From assembly GCA_965261735.1 (NCBI GenBank), contig OZ253470.1, forward strand, positions 3,168,001-3,232,000: a stretch of DNA of 64,000 nucleotides. The letters are read 5' to 3'. Source of the stretch: Alphaproteobacteria bacterium (lineage in GTDB: Bacteria > Pseudomonadota > Alphaproteobacteria > SHVV01). Both the position numbers and the translations under genes were made by a program. Shown here one piece after another: positions 33,587 through 42,726 of the stretch (position 1 is the first letter of the stretch; each line of letters begins with the position of its first letter). Under the pieces are notes generated by a model that saw only the letters and a list, made by a program, of their open reading frames with translations, was not told where the DNA came from and made no database searches.

Positions 33587-33853
33587 ATGCTGAAAGCCGA
33601 GGAAAGCATCGAGTTCATCCTCTCCCGCGTAGAGACGCTGGGAGAGGGTGCGACACCCCACGAGCGCGCCGCCTACCGCGCACTCATCAACCTGACCCAA
33701 CGCTGGGCCGAACCGACCGACCGCTACATCGACAACGATCTGGAGATGGCGGAGCGCATTGGCCAAGACCTCGCCGACCTGCAGCGCCACTTGACCGACC
33801 TCCAGCACTCGTACATGCGCGCGCTGTTCGGCGACGACGCCAAGGCTGCCTGA
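33587..33853 (+). CDS. small helical hypothetical protein
   Basis: 88 aa, typical codon usage, fills an intergenic gap. Confidence 0.65.
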   Translation: MLKAEESIEFILSRVETLGEGATPHERAAYRALINLTQRWAEPTDRYIDNDLEMAERIGQDLADLQRHLTDLQHSYMRALFGDDAKAA

Positions 33854-33950
33854 GCCAGCCTGAGCCAACCCGACAAGTGCCGCGCCACGACGCCGGCGTT
33901 CGGCTAGACTGCAGCGCCTGATCGCCGCCGCCCTCGCCCGTGCGCCGCCC

Positions 33951-34916
33951 GTGCCCAGCACCTTGATCGTTCCGCCGAACGCGGCCAACATTGCCGCCGC
34001 CGCCGCACATTTGCGGGGCGGTGAACTCGTCGCCTTTCCGACGGAAACTGTTTACGGGCTTGGGGGCGACGCAACCAACGAGCGCGCCGTCGCGGCGATC
34101 TACCGGGCCAAGGGGCGGCCCTCGCGCAACCCGCTGATCGTACACGTCGCCGACGCCGCCGCGGCGCGCCGTGTCGCCCGCTTCGACAGCCGCGCCCGCC
34201 GGCTCGCCGAGGCCTTCTGGCCCGGTCCGCTGACGCTGGTGCTACCGCGCAGCGAGCCCTGCGCGGTCGTCCCGCGGGTGAGCGCCGGCCTCGCGACCAT
34301 AGCCGTGCGCGTGCCGAGCCTCGCGCTCGCGCGTGACCTACTCGAAGCGTCGGCAATTCCGGTGGCGGCGCCGAGCGCCAACCCATCGGGCCGCGTCTCC
34401 GCCACGACCGCCCAGCATGTCGCGGAGGCCTTTGGCGACTCGGTGGCGATGATCCTCGACGGCGGGCCCTGCCCGCTCGGCATCGAATCGACCGTGGTCG
34501 GCCTCGCCGGCGATGATCCCTTGTTGTTGCGGCCGGGCGCTGTTTCCGGTGGCGCGATCGAGGCGGTGATCGGCCCGCTCAGGGCACCGCCCGCCGCCGA
34601 GCCTAACACCGGCTTGGCCGCGCCGGGCATGCTCGACCGCCACTACGCGCCGCGGCTGCCGCTCCGCCTCGGGGCCCTTGATGCCGCGGGCGACGAGGGC
34701 CTCCTGTCGTTCGGCGACCATGCGATCACCGGCGTCGCGGCGGAACGCAACCTGAGCCCCGCGGGCGACCTCGACGAGGCAGCCGCCAACCTGTTCCGCA
34801 TGCTGCGCGAGCTCGACCGGCCCGACCATCGCGCTATCGCGGTGACACCGATCCCCGACCACGGCGTCGGCGTGGCCATCAACGATCGCCTGCGCCGCGC
34901 CGCCGGCGGTCGATGA
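33951..34916 (+). CDS. sua5: L-threonylcarbamoyladenylate synthase (Sua5)
   Basis: VAFPTETVYGLG, KGRP..NPLIVH, AAPSAN.SG, APGML.RHYAP. Confidence 0.95.
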   Translation: MPSTLIVPPNAANIAAAAAHLRGGELVAFPTETVYGLGGDATNERAVAAIYRAKGRPSRNPLIVHVADAAAARRVARFDSRARRLAEAFWPGPLTLVLPRSEPCAVVPRVSAGLATIAVRVPSLALARDLLEASAIPVAAPSANPSGRVSATTAQHVAEAFGDSVAMILDGGPCPLGIESTVVGLAGDDPLLLRPGAVSGGAIEAVIGPLRAPPAAEPNTGLAAPGMLDRHYAPRLPLRLGALDAAGDEGLLSFGDHAITGVAAERNLSPAGDLDEAAANLFRMLRELDRPDHRAIAVTPIPDHGVGVAINDRLRRAAGGR

Positions 34917-34960
34917 GGCGCCTTGCCGGCGCCTGCGGCTCGCGCTACATCGAGGACGAC

Positions 34961-36382
34961 ATGACGGGCACGGTGGCGCCAGAGACACTCGAGCGCATTA
35001 AGGCGGTGGTCGGCCCCCGCGGCTGGATTGGCGATCCGGCGGGGATCGCGCCTTATCTCGAGGAGCAGCGCGGGCGCTACGATGGCGCTACGCCTCTCGT
35101 CGTGCGCCCCGCGAGCACCGCCGAGGTCGCGTCGGTCGTTCGCGTTTGCGCCGAGACCGGCACGCCCATCGTGCCGCAGGGTGGCAATACGGGGCTGTGC
35201 GGCGGTGCCGTGGCGGGCGTCGCGGCGAGCGAGATCCTGCTCAATCTCGGGCGCCTCAACGCCATCCGGTCCGTCGACCCGTTGGGCGATACGCTCACCG
35301 CCGAGGCCGGCTGCATTCTCGCCGACGTCCAGGCCGCGGCCGCGGCGGTCGGCAGGCTGTTCCCGCTCAGCCTGGCGGCCCAGGGGACGAGCCATATCGG
35401 CGGCAACCTGTCGACCAACGCCGGCGGCACGCAGGTGCTGCGGTACGGCACCGCGCGCGCGCTCGTTCTCGGCCTCGAGGTGGTTTTGCCCGACGGCCGC
35501 GTCTGGGGCGGGCTCCGCGGCTTGCGCAAGGACAACACGGGCTACGACCTCAAGCAGCTCTTTATCGGCGCCGAGGGCACGCTCGGCATCATTACGGCGG
35601 CGGTCCTCAAGCTCTTCGCCACGCCCCGCGAGTCGGTCACCGCGCTGATCGCGGTGCGCGATCCGGCGACGGGCCTCGAGCTGCTCCAGCGCGTCCGTGC
35701 CGCGCTCGGCGAGATCGTCAGTGCCTGGGAATTGCTGCCGCGGATCGGATTCGACTTCACGCTCGCGCATATCCCCGAGGTCGTGGACCCTCTGGACGAG
35801 CCGAGCCCGTGGTACGTGCTCGCGGAACTGGCCTCGGGGAGCGCCGGCGGTGGGGCGCGCCGTGGGCTCGAGGCCGTGCTCGGCGAGGCGCTCGACGAGC
35901 GCCTCGCCGCCGACGCCGTGATCGCGGCGAGCGAGGCCCAAGCCAACGCCCTGTGGCGGCCGCGCGAGAGCTTACCCGAGGCGGAGAAGCGCGAGGGCGG
36001 CGGCCTCAAGCATGACGTCTCGGTGCCGCTCGGCCAGGTCGCCGCCTTCATCGATCGTGCGGACGAGGCGGTACGGCGCGAGGTCGAGGGTGTGCGCGTC
36101 GTCGCCTTCGGCCACCTCGGCGATGGCAACATCCACTTCAACCTGAGCCCGCCGCCGGGCAGTGACGCGACAGCACTGGCGCGACACGGCGGCCGGCTCA
36201 CACGCATCATCCATGACATCGCGGTTTCGCTCGGCGGCAGTATCAGCGCCGAGCATGGTGTCGGCCTGCTCAAGCGCGAGGAGATCCGCCGCTACAAGCC
36301 GGCCGTCGAGATCGACCTGATGCGCACACTTAAATCGGCGCTCGATCCGCACAACATCATGAACCCCGGCAAGGTCGTGTGA
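34961..36382 (+). CDS. FAD-linked oxidase (D-2-hydroxyacid dehydrogenase family)
   Basis: PQGGNTGL, IGGNLSTNAGG, KDNTGYDL, FGHLGDGNIH, SAEHG, NPGKV. Confidence 0.92.
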   Translation: MTGTVAPETLERIKAVVGPRGWIGDPAGIAPYLEEQRGRYDGATPLVVRPASTAEVASVVRVCAETGTPIVPQGGNTGLCGGAVAGVAASEILLNLGRLNAIRSVDPLGDTLTAEAGCILADVQAAAAAVGRLFPLSLAAQGTSHIGGNLSTNAGGTQVLRYGTARALVLGLEVVLPDGRVWGGLRGLRKDNTGYDLKQLFIGAEGTLGIITAAVLKLFATPRESVTALIAVRDPATGLELLQRVRAALGEIVSAWELLPRIGFDFTLAHIPEVVDPLDEPSPWYVLAELASGSAGGGARRGLEAVLGEALDERLAADAVIAASEAQANALWRPRESLPEAEKREGGGLKHDVSVPLGQVAAFIDRADEAVRREVEGVRVVAFGHLGDGNIHFNLSPPPGSDATALARHGGRLTRIIHDIAVSLGGSISAEHGVGLLKREEIRRYKPAVEIDLMRTLKSALDPHNIMNPGKVV

Positions 36383-36479
36383 TCGCGCCGGCGACCGCGG
36401 CGCACCGGTATTGAAGTATGCTAACGCGATGCGGCGCGGCCAACTCATGGCTGTCGGCGGCGAGAGAGACGCGGAAGTG

Positions 36480-36758
36480 ATGACCGGACCTTCCCCCCCG
36501 TCCGACGATATCGAGACCTCGCGGAATCGCTCCAGCGAATTGTTCCTGCTCGAGCTCGCGGCGTCGAGGCCGAGCTTCGAGCTCGCCGAACCACCGAAGG
36601 CGGCGCTGTCGCATTTGTGGAAATGGGACGACTACTATCCGCTGCTGGTGCGCGCGGCGGCGCAGGTGGACGTCGACGTGGCCTTCCGGCGCAAGCTCGG
36701 TCTCTACCGCGAACACGGTCGCTCCACGGACGGCGGTATTATCGCCATCGAAGAGTGA
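36480..36758 (+). pseudogene. possible N-terminal remnant of a gentisate-dioxygenase-like cupin
   Basis: EPPKAALSHLWKWDDYYPLLVRAA...RR resembles the N-terminus of that family; no cupin domain follows. Confidence 0.35.
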
Positions 36759-38002
36759 GCCCGCGGGGCGCAGACGAGGCGGAGGCGGCCGGCACGACGC
36801 GCTGGGTGACGGTCTGCGTCGTCGTGCTCGCCGCGGTCGCGGCGACCATGCAGATCGGCAAGGCGCCGCCGGCGCTGCCGGCGATTCGGGCCGATCTCGG
36901 TCTCGGTATGGTTGCCGCGGGCTGGGCGGTTTCGCTGATTACCCTGATCGGCGCGCTCATCGGCGTCGCGACCGGGATCCTTGCCGACCGCCTTGGCCAC
37001 CGCCGCGTCGTCGCCGGTGGGCTCGCCTGTCTGGTGCTCGGTAGCGTAGCGGGCAGCATGGCCGATTCGTCGGACGCGCTGCTCATGACACGCTTTTTCG
37101 AAGGTATCGGCTATGTGGCGGTCGTCGTGGCCGGTACGCCGCTCATCGTGCTCGCGAGCGCGCCTCGCCATCGTCCCTTGACGCTCGGCGTGTGGAGCGC
37201 CTATTTCCCGGCCGGCGTCGGCCTCATGATGGCGCTGTCACCCGCTTTCCTGGAGACGATCGGTTGGCGCGGCCTGTGGCTCGCCAACGCAACCATGTTG
37301 GCGGTGCTCGTACCGGCCTTCCTGATCGCCGCGCCCGCAGACCGCACCGCACCGCCGTTCGCGCCAGCCGGTCCCGGCTGGCGCGACGCCCGCGTTGCCG
37401 CGCTGCACCCCGGGCCGTGGCTGCTCGCGACCATGTTCTTCCTCGCCGCGCTGTCCCTGTTCGCCGTCATGACCTGGCTACCGACCTTTCTCGTCGATGG
37501 CCTCGGCCGCTCGCCGGGCGCGGCCGCGCTGTTGTCGGCCCTGTTCGTGGCCCTGTTCGTTCCCGCCAACATCCTTGGGGGCTGGCTCCTGCGCTGGCGC
37601 GTCAAGTCGTGGCACGTCTTTCTTGTCGGATCGCTGGCCATGGCCGTGCTGCCGATCGGGGTGTTCGCGGCGGATGTGTCCGATACGGCCAAGGTCGCCT
37701 ATGCGGTCACCTTTGCCTTCACCGCCGGACTCCTGCCCGGTGCGATCTTCGCGGCCCTGCCGATCCACACCGCCGCGCCTCGCCACGCCGGAATTGCGGC
37801 CGGCGTGGTGGCCCAGGGATCGAACCTCGGCAATCTGCTCGGTCCGCCCCTCCTCGCCGCCGTGGTCGCGCGCCTCGGCGGCTGGGAGCGCTCCGACGCC
37901 CTGTTCCTTATCGTCGGCGGGCTCGGCGTGGTCACCGCCCTCGCGGTCCGGCGTGCCGAGCTGCGGCTGATACAACCCGCGCCCAACCAACGACAGGAGT
38001 AG
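36755..38002 (+). CDS. MFS transporter (CynX-like)
   Basis: About 12 hydrophobic segments; GILADRLGHRR motif. Confidence 0.88.
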   Translation: MSPRGADEAEAAGTTRWVTVCVVVLAAVAATMQIGKAPPALPAIRADLGLGMVAAGWAVSLITLIGALIGVATGILADRLGHRRVVAGGLACLVLGSVAGSMADSSDALLMTRFFEGIGYVAVVVAGTPLIVLASAPRHRPLTLGVWSAYFPAGVGLMMALSPAFLETIGWRGLWLANATMLAVLVPAFLIAAPADRTAPPFAPAGPGWRDARVAALHPGPWLLATMFFLAALSLFAVMTWLPTFLVDGLGRSPGAAALLSALFVALFVPANILGGWLLRWRVKSWHVFLVGSLAMAVLPIGVFAADVSDTAKVAYAVTFAFTAGLLPGAIFAALPIHTAAPRHAGIAAGVVAQGSNLGNLLGPPLLAAVVARLGGWERSDALFLIVGGLGVVTALAVRRAELRLIQPAPNQRQE

Positions 38003-38004
38003 CC

Positions 38005-38670
38005 ATGAGCGTACGCACGCTGGCGTTGACGGACGCCCTGTACGACTATTTGATCGCGACTTCGCTGCGCGAGCCAGACATCCTGCGGCGGCTACGCGAC
38101 GAGACGGCGCCGATGCCGGTCGCCGGCCTCCAGATCGCGCCGGAGCAGGGCCAGTTCATGGCCCTCTTGGTCGAGTTGATGGGGGTCCGCCGCTACCTCG
38201 AGATCGGGACGTTCACGGGCTACAGCGCGCTTCGGATAGCGCTGGCGATGCCGCCTGAGGGCCGGATCGTCGCCTGCGACATCAATGAGGAGTGGACCGG
38301 TATCGCCCGCCGCTATTGGCGCGAGGCCGGCGTCGACGATCGCATCGACCTGCGCCTGGGGCCGGCGCGCGACACGCTTACCGCCCTCATCGCCGAGGGC
38401 TCCTCGGGGACCTTCGATTTCGCCTTTATCGACGCGGATCGGCCCAACCTCGACGCTTACTTCGAGGCGGCGCTCAGCCTCGTTCGCAGCGGCGGCGTCG
38501 TCGCCGTCGACAACGCCTTCCGCAGGGGCCGTGTCGCGGATCCGTCCGACACCGAAGACGATACCCTGTTCATCCGGGCCCTCGGCACCAAGCTCCACCA
38601 TGACGAGCGGATTACGCTCAGCCTCGTTCCCATCGGCGACGGCCTCACGCTCGCGCGCAAGCGCAACTGA
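38005..38670 (+). CDS. SAM-dependent O-methyltransferase (caffeoyl-CoA OMT-like)
   Basis: QIAPEQGQFM, LEIGTFTGYS, FDFAFIDAD, VDN, VPIGDGLTLARK. Confidence 0.92.
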   Translation: MSVRTLALTDALYDYLIATSLREPDILRRLRDETAPMPVAGLQIAPEQGQFMALLVELMGVRRYLEIGTFTGYSALRIALAMPPEGRIVACDINEEWTGIARRYWREAGVDDRIDLRLGPARDTLTALIAEGSSGTFDFAFIDADRPNLDAYFEAALSLVRSGGVVAVDNAFRRGRVADPSDTEDDTLFIRALGTKLHHDERITLSLVPIGDGLTLARKRN

Positions 38671-38901
38671 AGAGAGCCGAACCGTCGCAAGGCCGTAGCG
38701 TTGGTTGGTTGAACCTAACGAATCGGGCGTAAACGAAAGGTCGACGGAACAAGGTAAGAGAACTCCTGGTTTTCGCGGCGCCGATTCGGGTCCAGGGTAT
38801 TCACAACCGACAGTATTTCTCACGGTGCGAAAGCCCGGTAGGGTTGTATGCGGCCGAGCGCTACGGCTCGAAACTTCTCGGCAGGTAGCGGGAGAGCGAA
38901 A

Positions 38902-40419
38902 ATGACGGAAACAAGCGCTGACGAGAGGCCGCACGTGCCGGACCCGGGCCGGCCGAACAGCGGTCGGTACGGTCTCGGCCGCCCGCAGGCGGCTGCACCG
39001 ATCGCTCCAGCCGAGCACGACGCGGGCCCGGCCGGCCCGGGTCCGAACGCGCGCGAAACGGAAAACGAGCGACGCTTTCGCGATTTCGCGGAGAGCAGTG
39101 CCGACTGCCTGTGGGAGTGCGATCTAGATCAACAGCTTACCTATCTGTCCGGGTTTCCAGGGCAGGACGGTTCGGCCGGCGCTATAGGGAGCACGCTCGG
39201 CGGCCTGCTCACGGGCCTTGGCGCCGACGCGGCGATCGCCGATACACTCGCCACCTACATGGCATACGGCGAGGCCTTCCGCGATGTAGAATTCGAGCAA
39301 AGCAAGGACGATTACTCCGGCAATTGGGTGGCTTGGGCACGGATTTCCGGCAAACCAGTCCTCGACGACGAGGGCGGACCGATCGCGTACCGCGGTGCCA
39401 TCCTGGACATCACCGAGCAAAAGCGCGGCGAACAGGCGCTGCGCGATAGCTAGGTCCGGGCGGCGCGCGCGCACTCCCAGCTGGTCGACGCCATCGAGAG
39501 CATATCCGATGGCTTCGCGCTCTATGACGCCGACGACCGTCTCGTGCTGAGCAACACGACGTACCGCGAGTTGCTACCGGTGGTGAAGACCGCGCAACCC
39601 GGCAGATCGTTCGAGGAGCTCCTGCGTGCTGGGGTCACCAGCGGCAACTTGCCCGAAGGGATCGGCGACGAAGAGGCATGGGTACAGAACCGTCTCGCTC
39701 AGCACCGCCATCCCTCCGATCCGACGGTGCAAGAATATAGCAACGCCCTATGCCTGCGGATCGCGGAGCGGCGCACCCAGGACGCGGGCACGGTCGTCGT
39801 CCTGACCGACATCACGGAGTTGATCCACGGCGAGCGCGAGCTCGCCGAAAAGCCGAAGCTGCTGCACGCCACGCTCCACAACATGAGCCAGGGCCTTGCG
39901 GTGTTCGACCGGGATCTGCGCCTCCTCGCCTGGAACAATCGCATGCTGGAGCTGCTGGATCTGGCTCCCGACCTCGTGCACCCCGGTCGTTCCTTCGCCG
40001 GCATCATGGATGCGATCACAACCGAAGGTTGCGGCGACGCGTTAGCCGCCATCGAGCACGCCGTCATGCGCACGCGCGGCGCGCCCACCCACGAGATCAA
40101 GCGCTCAAACGGGACCGTGATCGAGATGCATACCGGCCCCATGCCCGACGGCGGAACCGTCGCTACCTACACCGACATTACGCCCGCCAAGAAGCGCGAG
40201 GCCACGCTGCGGCGCCAGGCCTTGATCTTCGATCGCATGTTCGACGGCGTCGTGGTCGCCAACCTCGAAGGGGAGGTGCTCGACTGGAGCCGCGGCGCGG
40301 AGAAGCTGTTTGGCTACTCGAGGGAAGAGGTGATCGGCCGGCCGCTCCACATGCTGCGCTCCGAAGAGAAGGAGAGCCTAGCGGTACAGGGCCGCTGCAC
40401 CCGCCAGGGCCTCTCTTAA
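38902..40419 (+). pseudogene. multi-PAS sensor, internal TAG at 39451-39453, truncated near 40380
   Basis: Successive PAS domains in one frame across the stop (RFRDFAES, DAIESISDGF, NMSQGLAVFD, WSRGAEKLFGYS); no output domain. Confidence 0.8.
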
Positions 40420-40724
40420 CCCACTGATACACTGATATATTTTTCCACCCTCTGGGAGTTCCGGTAGCGCTCGAATTTGCTCTCCGTCAGCACTCCGGAA
40501 GCGGATGAATTCCAACTGCCGCGTACCCCTGCGCGCGCATGTCGCTCGAATCCGACAGTGCCCGGGTTTTTGAAATTCGGAAATCATACGGCCCCACCGG
40601 ACGTATTGGTTACGCCGAGCCGTGGAATCGTCCGGCCGGCGACTGAGGCCGGCGCGTGCAACCAAGCGCACTCCCCCCTCGGGAGCAGGCGCGCCAGCGG
40701 GCAGCGCTGATCATCGCCCGCGTC

Positions 40725-41117
40725 AAGACACTGACGCTGTCTCCGGAGGCACTAAAGGTGCTGGCGGACCTGCCGCGCGCTGCGGACAATCCCTGGGTGA
40801 TCGCCAGCCAAAGGCCGGGCAAGCGTCTGTCCAACATCAGCACGCAATGGCACCGCGTGAGAAAACGAGCCGGGCTTGAGGACGTTCGGCTTCACGACCT
40901 CAGACACAGCTGGGCTTCCCGCGCGCTGACGCTCGGCGAGAGCCTGCCCATCATCGGCCGGCTTCTCGGGCATTCTCAGGTGGAGACAACGGCCAGGTAC
41001 GCCCATCTGGCGCACGACTCGATGCACGAGGCTGCGGCCCTGATTGCCGCCAGCATCGGGGCCGATCTCCTGAGCTCCGAAGCCGGGAGCGGCACCGATC
41101 GACCCACACCGCCATGA
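40725..41117 (+). pseudogene. tyrosine integrase C-terminal fragment
   Basis: RLHDLRHSWAS...LLGHSQVETTARYAH. Confidence 0.85.
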
Positions 41118-41299
41118 CGCCTTCGATGCTGCGATCATTCCAGCGGGGCCAAGCTCCATGCGGGACAGCGCATCGCCACGTGAGCAGACCAGCCGGACTT
41201 CCGGATTCGACAACACATCCGACGGCGGACGTCACGTCCAGCGACTCTTACGCTCGGCGTGACATTGTATTCCTCCGGCCGACGTAGTATGTTTTTGCC

Positions 41300-41587
41300 G
41301 TGATCCGCTCGTGGCGCAACGCGGCCAGTCGTAGGGTCTGGGAAGGAGAGACGCCGAACCGGTTTCGCAGCCTGGACGTCGCGGCCGCCACCGACTTGCT
41401 GCTTGCGCTCAATGCCGCCGACACGCTCCGCGACCTGAGCCCGCTCAAGAGCGTCGGGTTGCACAAGCTCAAGGGGCCGCGCGCAAGTCAATGGGCGATG
41501 ACGGTGAACGGGCCTTGGCGGATTTGCTTCGAGTTTCGGGCAGGTGACGCCTACGAAGTCGAGATTGTCGACTACCACAGGGGATGA
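41300..41587 (+). CDS. higB: HigB-type (RelE/ParE superfamily) toxin
   Basis: LHKLKG...WAMTVNGPWRICFEF...VEIVDYH. Confidence 0.9.
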   Translation: MIRSWRNAASRRVWEGETPNRFRSLDVAAATDLLLALNAADTLRDLSPLKSVGLHKLKGPRASQWAMTVNGPWRICFEFRAGDAYEVEIVDYHRG

Positions 41588-41880
41588 AGGCCATGACCCC
41601 GATTTCACACCCCGGCAGTCTGCTGAAGCGCGAACTCGAGGCGAGGGGTCTGAGCGCCAACAGGCTCGCGCTGGACATCGGCGTTCCGTCCGGCCGCGTG
41701 ACGGACATTCTGAACGGCCGCCGGTCGATCACCGCCGACACGGCGGTGCGTCTCGGCCTCTATTTTGGCAACGGCGCGCTATTCTGGATCGGTCTCCAGA
41801 GCCAGTACGACATCGCTCGGGTCGAACGGGAGCGCGGAGCCGAGATCGCTGAACGCGTGCGACCCGCCGACGCCGCGTAA
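41584..41880 (+). CDS. higA: HigA antitoxin (XRE HTH)
   Basis: HPGSLLK.EL...ILNGRRSITADTAVRL..YFG...FWIGLQSQYD. Confidence 0.92.
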   Translation: MKAMTPISHPGSLLKRELEARGLSANRLALDIGVPSGRVTDILNGRRSITADTAVRLGLYFGNGALFWIGLQSQYDIARVERERGAEIAERVRPADAA

Positions 41881-42726
41881 TCTGTCCCGTACCGGGACGC
41901 ATCAGCTCAAATCTTCCACACACCTCTTCAGGAGAGCCGCGTCCGTTGTCAAGTAATGCCTTGCGCTCGTTCTTACCGCGCACAGGCCTCCCGTCCGGCC
42001 TAGGCGCCGAGGCAGCGTCTTCGAGTTCGCTATGCTCGAGTTCCGCGTCTGTCCGGTCGTGAAATCGCCGGTCGAGGTCGACGAATCCGATCACGGGCAT
42101 CGGAGCGGTCCGTCATGCGGTGACCTTGTCAATGGGCCAGAATGAACACGGAGTTGGTGTCGCTGCCGCCGGGGCAGCCACGAAGTGTGGATTGGCATGC
42201 TGTGGGGCTCCAATGAAGCCAACGACTACTTCCTGGAATCGCATGGCATTACCACGCCGGACGAATTCGTGAAGCTCGTGTACAGCGAAGAGGAACGCAA
42301 GCCGATCCCTTGGCAGCTTCCGAATAGGCCGATTCGCGGCCCGGATCACCATGAGATCGGGATTCCAGATGACCTCCCGTGTCATTCCACCCTCCCCGCT
42401 GACATCGTTTCCGCCTGTTCGAGCACTGTCCGCGCCGCCTTTTCCTGACCGCGACTGGTTTCCTGGATCCGTCGGCAAGCGTATCCCATTTGCACCGGCG
42501 AAAGCGAAGCTGGGCCTCGATTGACCGAATGTCCGGGCGCCGCTCCGGCGTAGGCCGGGAAAATCGACAAATCAACAGGAGGGGTCTGTCTGGATGATCG
42601 AAATTATGGACAAATGGCCTTCCAAACACAGGAAAACCGAAAATCAGGCCATCGGTTGGCTGCGGAGAAAACTCTGTTCGCTCGACGGTGGTACGGGGGT
42701 AGAATTTCTGCAAACTTGGAGGTCAT

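Noticed and set aside
38800-38900. GGCAGGTAGCGGG resembling the 3' part of a c-di-GMP-I riboswitch upstream of the PAS gene
   Set aside because: The conserved GGCAAA and GACGCAAAG junction elements are not identifiable; an Rfam search would be needed.
40380-40520. tRNA or tmRNA fragment at the island boundary
   Set aside because: No T-loop (GTTCGA) plus acceptor end is recognisable.
41940-42450. Short ORFs (MPVIGFVDLDRRF..., MWIGMLWGSNE...) as a defence system
   Set aside because: They look like gene fragments but have no assignable motif.
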